NCBI GenBank assembly: GCA_963924565.1
Contig: OZ004610.1
Location: forward strand, 28,458,001 to 28,522,000
Direction of reading: 5' to 3'
Source: Ascidiella aspersa
Lineage: Eukaryota
DNA length: 64,000 bases
In this document: piece by piece, positions 38,501-50,500 of the stretch
Layout of the letters: each line of letters begins with the position of its first letter
Numbering within the stretch: position 1 is the stretch's first letter
Position numbers and translations under genes: made by a program
Notes under the pieces: model-generated
The model's database searches: none
Seen by the model: only the letters and a program-made list of their open reading frames with translations
What the model was told of the DNA's origin: nothing

Positions 38501-41500
38501 TTCGCCACGGTTAACTGACAACCTCCCCATCCCCAGTTGTTTTCTCTCAATCCGAGTTTTCGGTTTCGAAAGCTAGGCCGAGTCCGTGCGTGATCTGACG
38601 TATTGAAGTGTTGTTGTCCTTTCTCGGAATTACCTGTATAGGTCAGCATAGTTAAACAAACCGCACCTAATGGATATTGTTATTTCGGAGTCTTTAACGC
38701 TCCAGCCCAAATAATAACCCCTACTCGCCGAATTTGTTTTTTCCTTTTCAAATTTGCGCCCAACACAAGCGAACCCGTTCGACTCCTTGTTGTTCGGCCT
38801 AAACCCACGTGCGCCTTTTCTATCTCGCCTGTTATGCGTCGTACGGTTATGGCGCAGTTCGGCGTCCTGTTTGGTCCCTTATTTCCAGCTTTCGCTCGCT
38901 TGGAATAACAGTTTTATCAGTTGTCCAGTTAACTTGGTGGCTTCAATAACATCCCATAGACCTTCTTGTCTTTTACCTTATTTCCGTACAATTTTCGCCA
39001 CTTTGCGGATTGCGTTATCGAATTACGGTCTCTTTGTTAGAAATAATACCTTAAGTTGTCACAAAAACTGCAGCCGTGTTTGCAAACTACCCTTTTCTGT
39101 TATTGCTTGTTTTTGCAATACTCGTGCGTGGAGAGTTTTCATTGCACAGTTTTATGATTGTTTTGCACAAAGGACTCAATTTGCACAAAAAGACTTAGTC
39201 AAGTCAAGTAATTTTGCACAAAAGACTTAAGTCAAGTCAAGTCATTTGAAAACAGTGACTTAAGTGCACTTAACTTAAGTCATTGACTTAAGTCATTACA
39301 ACACTGTGAAATACTGTCCTGAAACTACGTAACCCCAATATTGTCTTACTTCCAGTCGACTCGGAAGTGTCGAAGTTCAGCGACGACCGCTTATCGTAAC
39401 TGTATTTTGTTACTGTATAAAAAAGGTGGTAGGATTTCAAGACCAGTGTGGAGAATTTTTATTATTCTAAAAGCGACGGCCCCTTTATCTTTTTTCTACT
39501 TGCAGTCGACTCCGAAGTGTCGAAGTTCGGCGACGACCGCGCCTTCTACGTGTTCGCGGTTGACTACCGACGCAAGCCGCTACCCCTGCGTCACTTCCTC
39601 AACTCACGCTCCGCTGCTCGGGATTGCAGCAGCCGAAACAAGCTCATTCACCTCAGGTCGGTTTTTCTTTTTCGCCTGCGTTTTTTTTTTATTGTCGTAT
39701 TGCGGTTTTTCGCGCCGTTTTTGCGAGCCATGCGTGCCTAAGCGGTCACGCCGTTAGGTTTTTTGTTTTATGCAGCCGAAACAAACTAATTCGCCTCAAA
39801 TCAAACTCTGACAACTAGATTTTTATATAGAATTCGAACTAGCTTTTGCGTCAAACCATTAAATTAGAAAACTATAGAATGATCTAGTTGTCGAAGTGTG
39901 TCTCAAGCCAGTTTCTTTTTCCCCTGCGTTTTTTCGCCTGCGGTTTTTTGCGCCGTTTTGCAAGCCATGCGTGCCGAAGAGGTGTCACACCGTTGGGTTT
40001 TTTAATTTTATTATAGGCGAGTTAGCCCGTGCAAGCCAGCCAGCCAACAGTGGCGGACTTGTGCGTTTTTTTTGTTTTTTTTATTGGATTGCTGTTCAAC
40101 CAATAGGCGCGACCTTAATACTTGGTTGATTTAGTTGCGTCTGTTAGATTTACTTTTGGACCTGATGCAAGATTATTGTTTAAAGTTTGCTGGACGAAGA
40201 CAAGGCCTACATCAGTTCAATTCAATCTTAATTAACACTCTGTTGTCTTATTTAACGAAATACTTTCTTTAAACTCGTCTCAACAGAAAGTCAGCATGTT
40301 GCAATTTAATTATAAAAATCACCTTTTCCGTTTAATTATGCGAAGAGATTTAAAAGAAAGTATATAACTTTAAATTATTGCTGATTGCAGTTAATTCATT
40401 TAATTTTAATAAACTGTAAAATAAATGCTGCCTTTGTTGATATGTAATAAAAAAAACTTTACATTTCTTGCCCCACGTCCAATATTACAGCTTACCATTA
40501 TTATTTTGAATAGGTTCATCCCTAAATAACAGGTATTATAAAAATGCCTTTTTTCAACATTTTAACTTTTTGCTTGCATAATGTGTCAACCGCTCTGACT
40601 AATAACTGTTCAAACGCTTTTCTTAACCACAAACAACTTCAATTTTAGAATAATTGAGTGTTCTGCGATATTCTGGGCCAAGCAACTTACAATTAATGTT
40701 TAAATCATCCGCACGATTGACGTTGCGCACTTGAAATAGACCAAAAAAGCTCCACTTGGAACTTAGGAGAAGGTTTTGAAACTTGATGCCGCAGCGGCCA
40801 ATACACTCGAGGCAACCTAATCCCTTCTTTTGAGGCTTTTTCGCGAGTTTTGTTCGAGTTTTAGCGCCACAGAGCCTGCAATAACAACGTTGACCTACAT
40901 TTCTGCAAGCAAACTTGGCAGTTTTTGCCCGAGCTTCGCTATGTGTTCATGTTCGCGAAATTTTCGTCGCTATTGGTGTTTTTTAAGACGTACGAATGAA
41001 ACAATGCATTTAATATGGCGGGATTTTTTTCCTGATTTCTATTTGCATAGAGGGCGATGGTTTCACTTCCCATCGCCTCTCTTACAAAGGAAACGTGGGT
41101 CAATCAATATTGAGGAATGCGCACGTCTGGATATTTGCGACTAGAATTACAATTAGGTTGTTTTGACGTCTTGGCGATGCCATGTGATCCAAACCATTAA
41201 AAACATCTCATTGTTATCCTTTCTTGCGTAAGTTTCGTATTGCGCAAACAGTTTCGTAACGGCAAATGTCATTGCCTAAGATAAGCTTTTTTTCTCCAAA
41301 GCCCTATTAAAACCCTGTTGCCTTGTTAAGCCGCTTGATCTAAATCTAAACCATTAAACGAACTGTTGCTGTATTTCCTTTTACAAGCTTCACTCGTTAC
41401 ACAAACGCCTCCCCAACGTGATCTCTGTTGCCGAAAGAAGCATCGTTGAAAAAGATTTTCCAAATTCAATTGCACAAGATTAAGAACGGGGTAGTGCTAA

Positions 41501-44500
41501 GCAGATTCAACTTGGAAATTTCCAGCTGGCATTTTAATGCGCAACTGTCATCCCCTAATCACGTTCCTTACGCAGCATTACATTCGAAGCCATTTGTGTC
41601 TTGTAATGACAAGAGGTCTGGAGAGTGCCAATTCCAGAAACCGCTTTCTTTCGACTTATGCTGGTCGTTAAACTGGATTGAACAAAATTTTAAAGTGGAA
41701 AACGTGCGTTGACGTTTTAAGTGGTAAACGTGTGTTGTCCAAATGGCTGAAAAGCTTTGCGAAAACAAGTAGCACAGCTGACTACTCTTAAATGCTTTTA
41801 AACACACGAGTCAAATCTCGGCATGCTACAAAAACTTGCTGAAGGACTAAAGGCTATACTTTATTGCTAATTGCTAATTGCTTTTCTATCTTGTTGTTAC
41901 CACGTTTTTTTCTTGCATTTATTCTTTGTTTTCAATTTATTGTACTGAGAGCTTTCGGTGTCATTCACCCTGACGATGGCGACTTGCATAGGTTGCCGGA
42001 ACGTTGGTTATGAATTATACTTAGAGGAGCTGTTTATGATTATTATTAATCGAGTTTAACGTTTTACTTTTTGTACAGACAAACCAGCGACCATTTGATG
42101 GACCTTTCGCTGTACTCCAGCTCCAATGGCCTCCTTCCTAAGCGAAGCTCAAGGCACAAAGGTACGTCGTTTGGGAAACTTGCTTTAATGTCAAAAGACA
42201 AAAATTTACAAAATATCGTGTACAAGTAACTGTGCTTGTGATTGAACAAATCTGGTGAATGGCACCTCTTTGCAGAGCGGACAAATAGTGAACACTGCTG
42301 CGATAGATTTTATTAAACTCTTGCAAATAAACGCGCATATTATGCCGGAAAAATTGTATTTTAAAGTACACTTTGTACAGTTCTGTCTTTAATGAACCTT
42401 TAAGCCAAAAAAGGCGAGTAAATCGACATCATCTTGATAAAGACGTTTCTATACGTACTTGTATCATCATCAGTTAATGTCAAGATATTTTGCATTTAAA
42501 ACTGTATTGTATTTAAAACTACATAGACAAATCACTTTGTAGTTATCGGCCAGCATTTTAGAAACGTATGCACGAAGTGGTCTAGCAGTTGAATGCAACT
42601 GCGTAATTACGATTTGGGAGTCACAACTTGCAATATTTAATTTTTATTTTCAGGTCTCTCCATATCTTCGGACGATTCCGGGTACGACACTGTGTAAGTT
42701 CAAATTAAATTCGTTGCTGGCCTTATCAGAGCGTAAGACACACACAAAGCGAAACGGTCACTCTTTGACCGCTCCCTGCAAAGTAAATCAAACTTCAAGC
42801 GTTACGCAACGGTGACCTTTAGATGACCCAAATTATGCTGACGTCATCGTTAGACAGCTCTTTGCTTGACGCTCACATTAGTCGGCATTCTATCAATTTG
42901 ATGTGATTAGTCGTGACCGTGATTCATAAAATTAGCCCGTTTGTAGCACTATTAATAATATCGTGAAATTTTAGACGTGTTGACATCTGATTGGCTGGTA
43001 AATTTTTTGGCCTGCCATATGTCTGAAGCAGTTCTTTTCCAACCGTGTCGCGGAATATTTTAATTTAAAATATTTTGATTATTTAGGAATCTAATTTTGC
43101 TATAATGATAACTCTATCAATTCGATTTTTTATACGTTTTGAGGGAAAAGTAACATGTCGTGAAATATTTTTAAAAGTAAAGTTTCCTGCGTTATGCACA
43201 GCAAATTAATAATAATCTCTGATTGGTGTTTTAATTTATTTAATCATAGCGTAACAGCAAACTATAGCAAAAATGGTATTTTTTGAGTCGACGAGTCGCA
43301 TTGCTGCTTTCTGAGTCGCAAAAGCACAATGCAGCATGGCGATTCAGTCATATTAAATGTATATAGCCTCACAAAAAATTGGCCTTCTTTCAAGGACTAA
43401 AATAGCACGCAGCGAGCTATCCCTTTTGCGGTGTACCAAGGCTTTACCTGCTTGGCCCATCCTTGAATTAAGGGATAAGGGCGCTTTATCCACGAAACCT
43501 CGCGCTGCATTGACCTCGCTTTGTTATTCAAGCTGAACGCGTTTCAACGAAAACTGTCGCGGTTTTATGATAATATTCCCGGCGCAAAATTTATGGTTGA
43601 TTTATTTTAAGCTGCAAGAAGCGGGGCGAATCCTAAACGCGTAATTTGTCTCTTCGCATCAAATATTTGTTTCATCCTTGTCGATTTTTCGTTTAAATCT
43701 TTGTCTGCGCTCTTTTTTGAAGCAAAGCAGCCAGTTTTGTTAACTGAAATAAAAAAATCTATTCAATTCTTTTACAACCTGAAAACCGCGTTAGGGTTAC
43801 GATATAACGTTAAGAATAAGCGCTTAATTTTAAATAGGTGCTGTGCAACTTTCTAACATTGCTATACCCGGTGCTTGTTTTTGATCAAAACAAACATAAC
43901 CCGAGTACGACGTCTGTTGTATTAGCAAGCATTTCTGCTCTTGCGCAATCTCTCTATAGGCACCCTTTAGTTGAACAAGTTGCGTGTAATTATAACAGAG
44001 GCGCTTGACATTCGAGACCTTATATAAGCCTTACATAAACGCCGCTTGCTTCAAGTGGATTTTTTAAATGCGTCGACAAGTATTACCGCAAGTGGCTGAC
44101 ACACCGGCGCTCGACCGACCGTAAAATGAACAATTTTTGTGCTGACGACTCAATTTTTGCCGCGTCCACCTTGATGGTTAAAGCTGTACAAGATACCTGG
44201 GTGATTTTCGTACATCAGGAAGCTTCCAGTACTCGCTTTTTTCAACGTCATGTTAAAACCTGACAATTATTCTAATTTTAGTTTAGGTAAAATGTATATC
44301 GAATTTATAGTTAGACTTGTCCTTTTGGTCGTGCTTAGTACTTTTGCATGTTCATTTCATTATGAATGTGTAGTTTGTTAATTTTTTTTTTCTGTTAACA
44401 CTCTTTTGAAAAATAAAACGGATTGATTTTTTATGTTTCCGCTACCCTAAATATTTGCTAATGCCGTGCACTTAAATAACTAATTCCAAAACCTACACTT

Positions 44501-47500
44501 AACCTTATGAAGGCGATACCCGTGTTAAATATCTCGTACGTGGCCTGTGCACATGTTTCGGCACTTGAAAAAAAAATATTTTTTTTTATGTTATTGACAC
44601 AGCAACAAGCGATACTCGCAAGCATGCGTCAAGGCAACTGCCCTGGGGTGCTGAGCCGTAAAAAACTCGCGGTTTTGTGTCGCCTTTTCGCGCGAACTGG
44701 CTCGCGCACAATGGCGCGATTGTTGAGATGAACGTTTGCCGAGTTTTGTTAAGTTCAAGTGAAACGCGACCCTGGCCCGAGTTCGTCTGTCTGAACATCG
44801 CCACTGCGCGCTTCGTTTAACCGATGCGAATTGGAGTCGAAATGGCGTGAATGCGTGGCGTTGTTAGCGCTGAACATTTCGTGCGGTGATAAAGTTTTTT
44901 GTTTGACGGAATTTGTCGATGACTAGGCTTGCGCCCGTCATTCAAATCCAAAAAATCTAAGCCAATTATGCATTCGAATGTTCGTCCGACTTTCAAGCAT
45001 AATCAAAGTCAGTTATTTCGTAATACGCGAGATTTAAGTTCAAAGTCAGTCATTTTGTGAGATGTAAGGATGTAAACTCTTGGCATTCCATGTTATATCT
45101 CACTTTAATTATTCCAGAAAAGTCTAAAGAACATGTGCTTTAATTTGAGGTTATTGTCGATTTTTTTTTTTTAGATATAAGGCGATTTCTTTTTAAACAT
45201 TTCGTTTGCTATTGATCAAATTTTATTATAATTTAAAACCAAGAAGTAAACAAACCATGTCGTTATATGAAGCTTTCGAATATGAAGTGTCAACGTTTTC
45301 GTTCACGAAGTGCAAACCATTATTCAATCATTAAATAAAACACGTTAATAATGCCGACCGGTGATAACTCATATTAAGTGTCGGCCTTTGTTTTGTCAGT
45401 ACGAGTTTCCACGAACTTTTACACTTTTTCAAAAATCTAAATTTGACACTGTTCGTGGTACTTTGTCGCAACAAATCATATCTGTGTGGGGGCGTCAACG
45501 ATTTTAAGCAAAGTACAACAGGGGGGATTTTTTTTTTTAGTTTACAAATGCTATACCCTTAATATAAACTCAACGAAAACAGTGGGAAGCGTTCTTCACG
45601 CAAAACCGTTTCTTCATGGCGAAAAAAAACGTCACTCTGCGTTTGCGTCAAACGTCGATTGCGTGACACGTAATTGCACCCTCTGTGCGTGTTGCGTGTA
45701 CCTCCGCACTCTCGTTCGCAGAAATCGAGTTTTTACAAAAGCTGGAAAACACGTTTTCGTGGCTTTGCGACGAGTTCTTAGCACGATAGCCGACCCCGAA
45801 AATTTTCCACTCCATATGGGGGATTTGTTTTTGAGAAATAGTTGGCATTATGGCTGGACAAAACGCAAAAGGATGGTTTAACGCGCAGATTTCACCAATA
45901 ACCCAAGAACGCTTTGAAATCAATCGTAAACCTACTTTACTTATATAAAAGGGCGTATCTTTATGGAATCCAAAACCGATATATATTCCTTTAACAAAAT
46001 GTCTGATCCTGGTTTTACTCGGGTTTTTAAACTTTGAGTTTGTTTGCCTATACCTTACTTAAAACGTCCAACTCGTGGTTACCATTTTAGCAACGTTTTT
46101 CTTATTAACAAAGGTATGTTTTTCATAGAAAGGTGCTTGGCGAAAAAATAAAAAACTTTGATGGAACTCTTATCGCGAATACTTTTTAAACCCAAGGAAT
46201 GCTTCCTAAAACTCTTTTAACTATCACGTTTTTTGTTTCTTAATTTTCCCGATTCCGGTAGACAAAGGATATTTGTTGAGGCGTAATATGGGTTGTGCTT
46301 AAAATGGACTGAAATGCTCGTAAAATCTCATCTCCACGTTGTATCCAATCGTATGGGGAACACTATGAAGTCGTTTTTGTTTTAACAATTTTATAAAAGC
46401 GCCGAATAAAACGAACGGCTTGTACCAAATTTCCACCCACGCTACCGCAAGCGTAGTTTTCTTTGAACAGCTTGATTAATCAGCGGTATTTTTGGCGATG
46501 CTGACGCGACGCGCCCGAAACACGACATTAGTGTTTATACAAAGCTTATTAATAGCCAAAGCCGCCCTTTAATAGGCCTCGGTCAATTGTTCGAAGGTGT
46601 ATTTTCTCACACGACCCACCCTGTATAATTGTACGTACTTTGTAACAATGCTTACGACGCATTATTACACCCTAAGTTCATAACTCACTGACTGCGACAT
46701 TGTAAACTTAGTTTTGTGTTGACTTGTAAAGTGAACCTTTTGTTTGTTTGTTAATTAGGTTGAACTGTTTAAATACAGATTTACTTTGAAATTTAATTTT
46801 GTCTTGCAAGCGTCCCTCAAATTCACAATGCAATCGAGACGGTCAAACTTTTACGGTTTTGAAACAAAAAAAATTTAATACATTTCGAATAAGAGTGTCT
46901 ATTTAAATACAACTTGTTTATCTAATTCGCAACAAAGCCCAGCGAACGCGTTCTTACCCTGACACATTAAACCATTTGTTTTATGTTGATTGATGAAGTT
47001 CATCAACATTTAAAAAAAAATTGATCGGTGGGCCCAGCTGGAGGTCAGAGTCTACCTTAAAAGCAATTTTATCCCAAGTGCAATCTAATTAACGCCAAAG
47101 ATCGACAGCATCGCTGCAGCCAAGCAAACGCAGTAAACCATTAACCACAGCTCGCTGTACGTAAACTACAGCCGCCATACGCTCAAAATAACGCCGGCAT
47201 AACAATTTCCGAAAATCTTGCCTTCCGCCGACTTTCAGGGGAATCCCCCTCACTTTCGCCATTCTGCCAAGAAAAACATTCTCTAATAGTCTCTGGTGCG
47301 TACTTTGCCCTCGTGTCTGTACCCAAACTGCCAGTTTTTAATGCCGGCTCATTTTGGGTGAAAAACGTGCCCGAAAGTCGCAATCAAACTGCCAGTTTTT
47401 AATGCCGGCTTATTTTGGGTGAAAAACGTGCCCGAAATTCGCAATCGCTTGCTGTTTGTCTCGCCATCACGTGCTAGAGATGCGTGTCACTTTTTCTTGG

Positions 47501-50500
47501 CGTTTTGCCTCGATTTTGGCGACTCTGCCTTATTTGGAATGATAAAGGCGCTTTGAAGGAGAGCAATTAATTTTAAACTGTCGACACTGCCAGCGCAGGT
47601 CCGATACTGGACATTTTATCGCATACCGATACCCGATATTTTGGACGTAGATTATCGCGATCCAATCTGATACCTAATGACGTCATTGCTCTACTCAAAC
47701 GAGAAAAAAAGATGAAATCGCAACGATTAAAGGCATTTGTTTAGGTTATTAGGCTAAAAAGCACAAATGTTTGTATACCTACAGTGGTTAACCTACTATT
47801 CTTGGACAGGTTTTTTTAAGGTTTGGTTTGGGTGACCGCTAAGTAATTTTAGGAGACCGCAAGTGTTTCATTTAAATACCAAAAACTTGCAAGTCTAAAA
47901 TTTGACAGTTTCGGTCCCCCAAAACACCTTAAAAAAAAACACTGTTCTTGGATAAATTTACCCTTTCAGGTATAATTTGCTGAGTTGAATCACAAATCAT
48001 GTTTAAAATGCCTATATTAATTTGGCATCAGATCGGCACCCTAGTATCAGACAAGTACTGATGCTTCCACATTTCTATTGAGTATCGACTACGATCCGTT
48101 ATTATCGGGTATTTCTAACAAGCACCATAACAAGACGCCCCTAAGCACGCTATAAAGCAATTTGCATAACATTTGTCAAAGCCACGTTGGTTGTAGTTTT
48201 ATTTTGTATTACGTCCGACTGTTGTACGATCGATTGAGATGCAACGGAAACACTGCAATGCTCTAGTATTGCCACGCCCATGCATTATTCTTGTTGAGGT
48301 CAGAACTGGGTCGCTATGGTTTACAACACGTTTTTCAGTCTTAAGTAGTATGTATAGTTGTAGTGGTTTTGCGACCTTGATTGATCGCCTTGTTTTTGCG
48401 TTACGTAATGTCACGAAGCTTTGTTATGGTGCAATTTACAAAACGGCGCAATTTGTCCATTTTTTAATCTCAGAAACGTGTCTGTAAGTCGAAATAGCAC
48501 ATTCGTAATCCCATATCATGTTTCTTTTATGTTTTTTTTATTATACTGGCTAACTGTCTGCCAACTTTTATTTCGGAACACCAATTCAAATCACAGATAG
48601 GCCAGGGTCTTTTAACTTGCGGACCGTGGAATTTTAAAGCATGACCATTTCCAAATTTTTAAAAAGAGCAAGGTTTTTAGGTATTTGCTAAGGTATAAGA
48701 AAATGTGAAAAAAAAAACATAAGCTCACTCGCACAACAATAATAACTTGTGTTTGCATAATTTGACATTACTAAATTTGCATTTTTTTAATGTGGCTGAT
48801 ACGATTTTAAACTTTTCCATCTGGCCCTTGCCTAAAACTATTTGAATATCTTTGGCATAGGCCCTAAACGCTCGATAAGGCTTAAGATGCGCCGCCCCGT
48901 TTAATGCAGTCGCCAAGGCACGCCGGACGCCGGTTCGTTTAATACCAAGTACCAAAGCATGACAGTTCATTAGAAGTTGCGTGCCAACGCATGCCGGCTC
49001 CTTAGGGTTTCGGTTATCTTAAACGCAGAGTGCCAAGCCTTACATCAGTGTAACAAAATAGCGCGCCAGTCTTATCTGCAAAGGCCATCGCACTTTTCGC
49101 CTCTTGATGTTGATCCCCTGGTGCCCTGCGCTGCCAGGCTGACAAAAGTCCCTTGTGTTGCTTAACTGAATCGTGCATGACGCTTGTTGTACTACCGAAT
49201 CACGTCATCCGCATTCTTGTACAGTTGAACCGAGGGTCGCCGGTTCGATTCCCGGTGTCGTACGGTATATTTTCAAAGCGTTAAAACCCCCCCAAAAAAG
49301 AAAAAACAATAAGGAAAAAATATAACCCGAAAGAATTTTTTTAAACGGATTCCGTAAATCAGAATTAACCAATACTAAAATGTTTCCCCGACGCTTTACT
49401 CTTAGCAAGTACCGCTATTTTATCAATTTCTTTTTTATTTACATATAACGACACAAAAAACACAAAAAACGAATGCGAAAGAGGAGAGATAAAGCACATG
49501 CGACGATTTAGCAGGGAGGCATTACAAGACACCTGTGAATTCAGGACTTACTTGTACTGGGTTTTAACAGAGCCCTGTCCACTTGCAATGAAAGTCATTC
49601 ATTTTATTGTTCTTAGTGGCGAAAAAAACGGTTCGATTTCTAGACCGATTTGACCATATTAAGGATCACATAACGGTAAATAACAAAACGCGCGCACAGC
49701 AACAAATAATTCAGCAGAATTGCGTACATTTATCAAGTTTCGCCGATATCCAGGCAGTTAGGTCTTCCCAGAAGGCTACTACTTAGCTCCAAAAATAAAA
49801 CACGTGTGCTACAGTTTCTAATACATAGCAGTAGAAAACACAATTATTCCAGTCTTAATACCAGATGAGCTCATTGGTCACTATGGCTTTAAGGTTTGGT
49901 TTATCTGAAAACTTCTAGGTTTGTTTTCTACAGTACAATGTCCCGCTATTGCAATAAAAGTAATACTAAAGCCTTAAATATCACCAGTTGGCGGTATTTG
50001 ATTTCACGTGGACGTCAAATGACGGTCGTTTGGTGCGGATGACGACCCGTAAATCTCGTATAAATCTCATAAATTTGTTTGCGGTTGCACCAGCCTATAG
50101 TAGTGCACATCACAGTGAACCCCGTTTGCGGCATTCAATTAACTTAACGACGATTGTTTGTGCCGGTATGAGGCGGTGCCTATAGGCCATGCAACCACGA
50201 GAAACAAAGGTCTCGGCAAAAGTTAATCATTGCAAATGCACTTGTGCGGCCAATGTGCATGGCGCCACTAAACCCTACGCTACGACAACAATCAGATGTA
50301 AAGCCTTTTTTAAAGTACCAAGTTTTTTTGGCCCAGCGTTGTTTGCCAAACCTGAAAAGGCCGCTACATACCCAGTTAAATTGCATTTATGCCCAGTGGT
50401 AAATTATTCTCATTTTTTGTCAAACATCGCTAAAATCAGACTAGAAAAATAGTGGACCGATTTTAAGATGGCCATTTTTTTGGCCAAAGTTGTTATTTTC

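Noticed and set aside
38869-38892. miR-133-like sequence TTTGGTCCCTTATTTCCAGCT
   Set aside because: Several mismatches to miR-133 and no complementary 5' arm upstream to form a precursor hairpin.
49225-49262. tRNA gene (GGTTCGATTCCCGG B box)
   Set aside because: No A box or cloverleaf upstream; at most a SINE head fragment.
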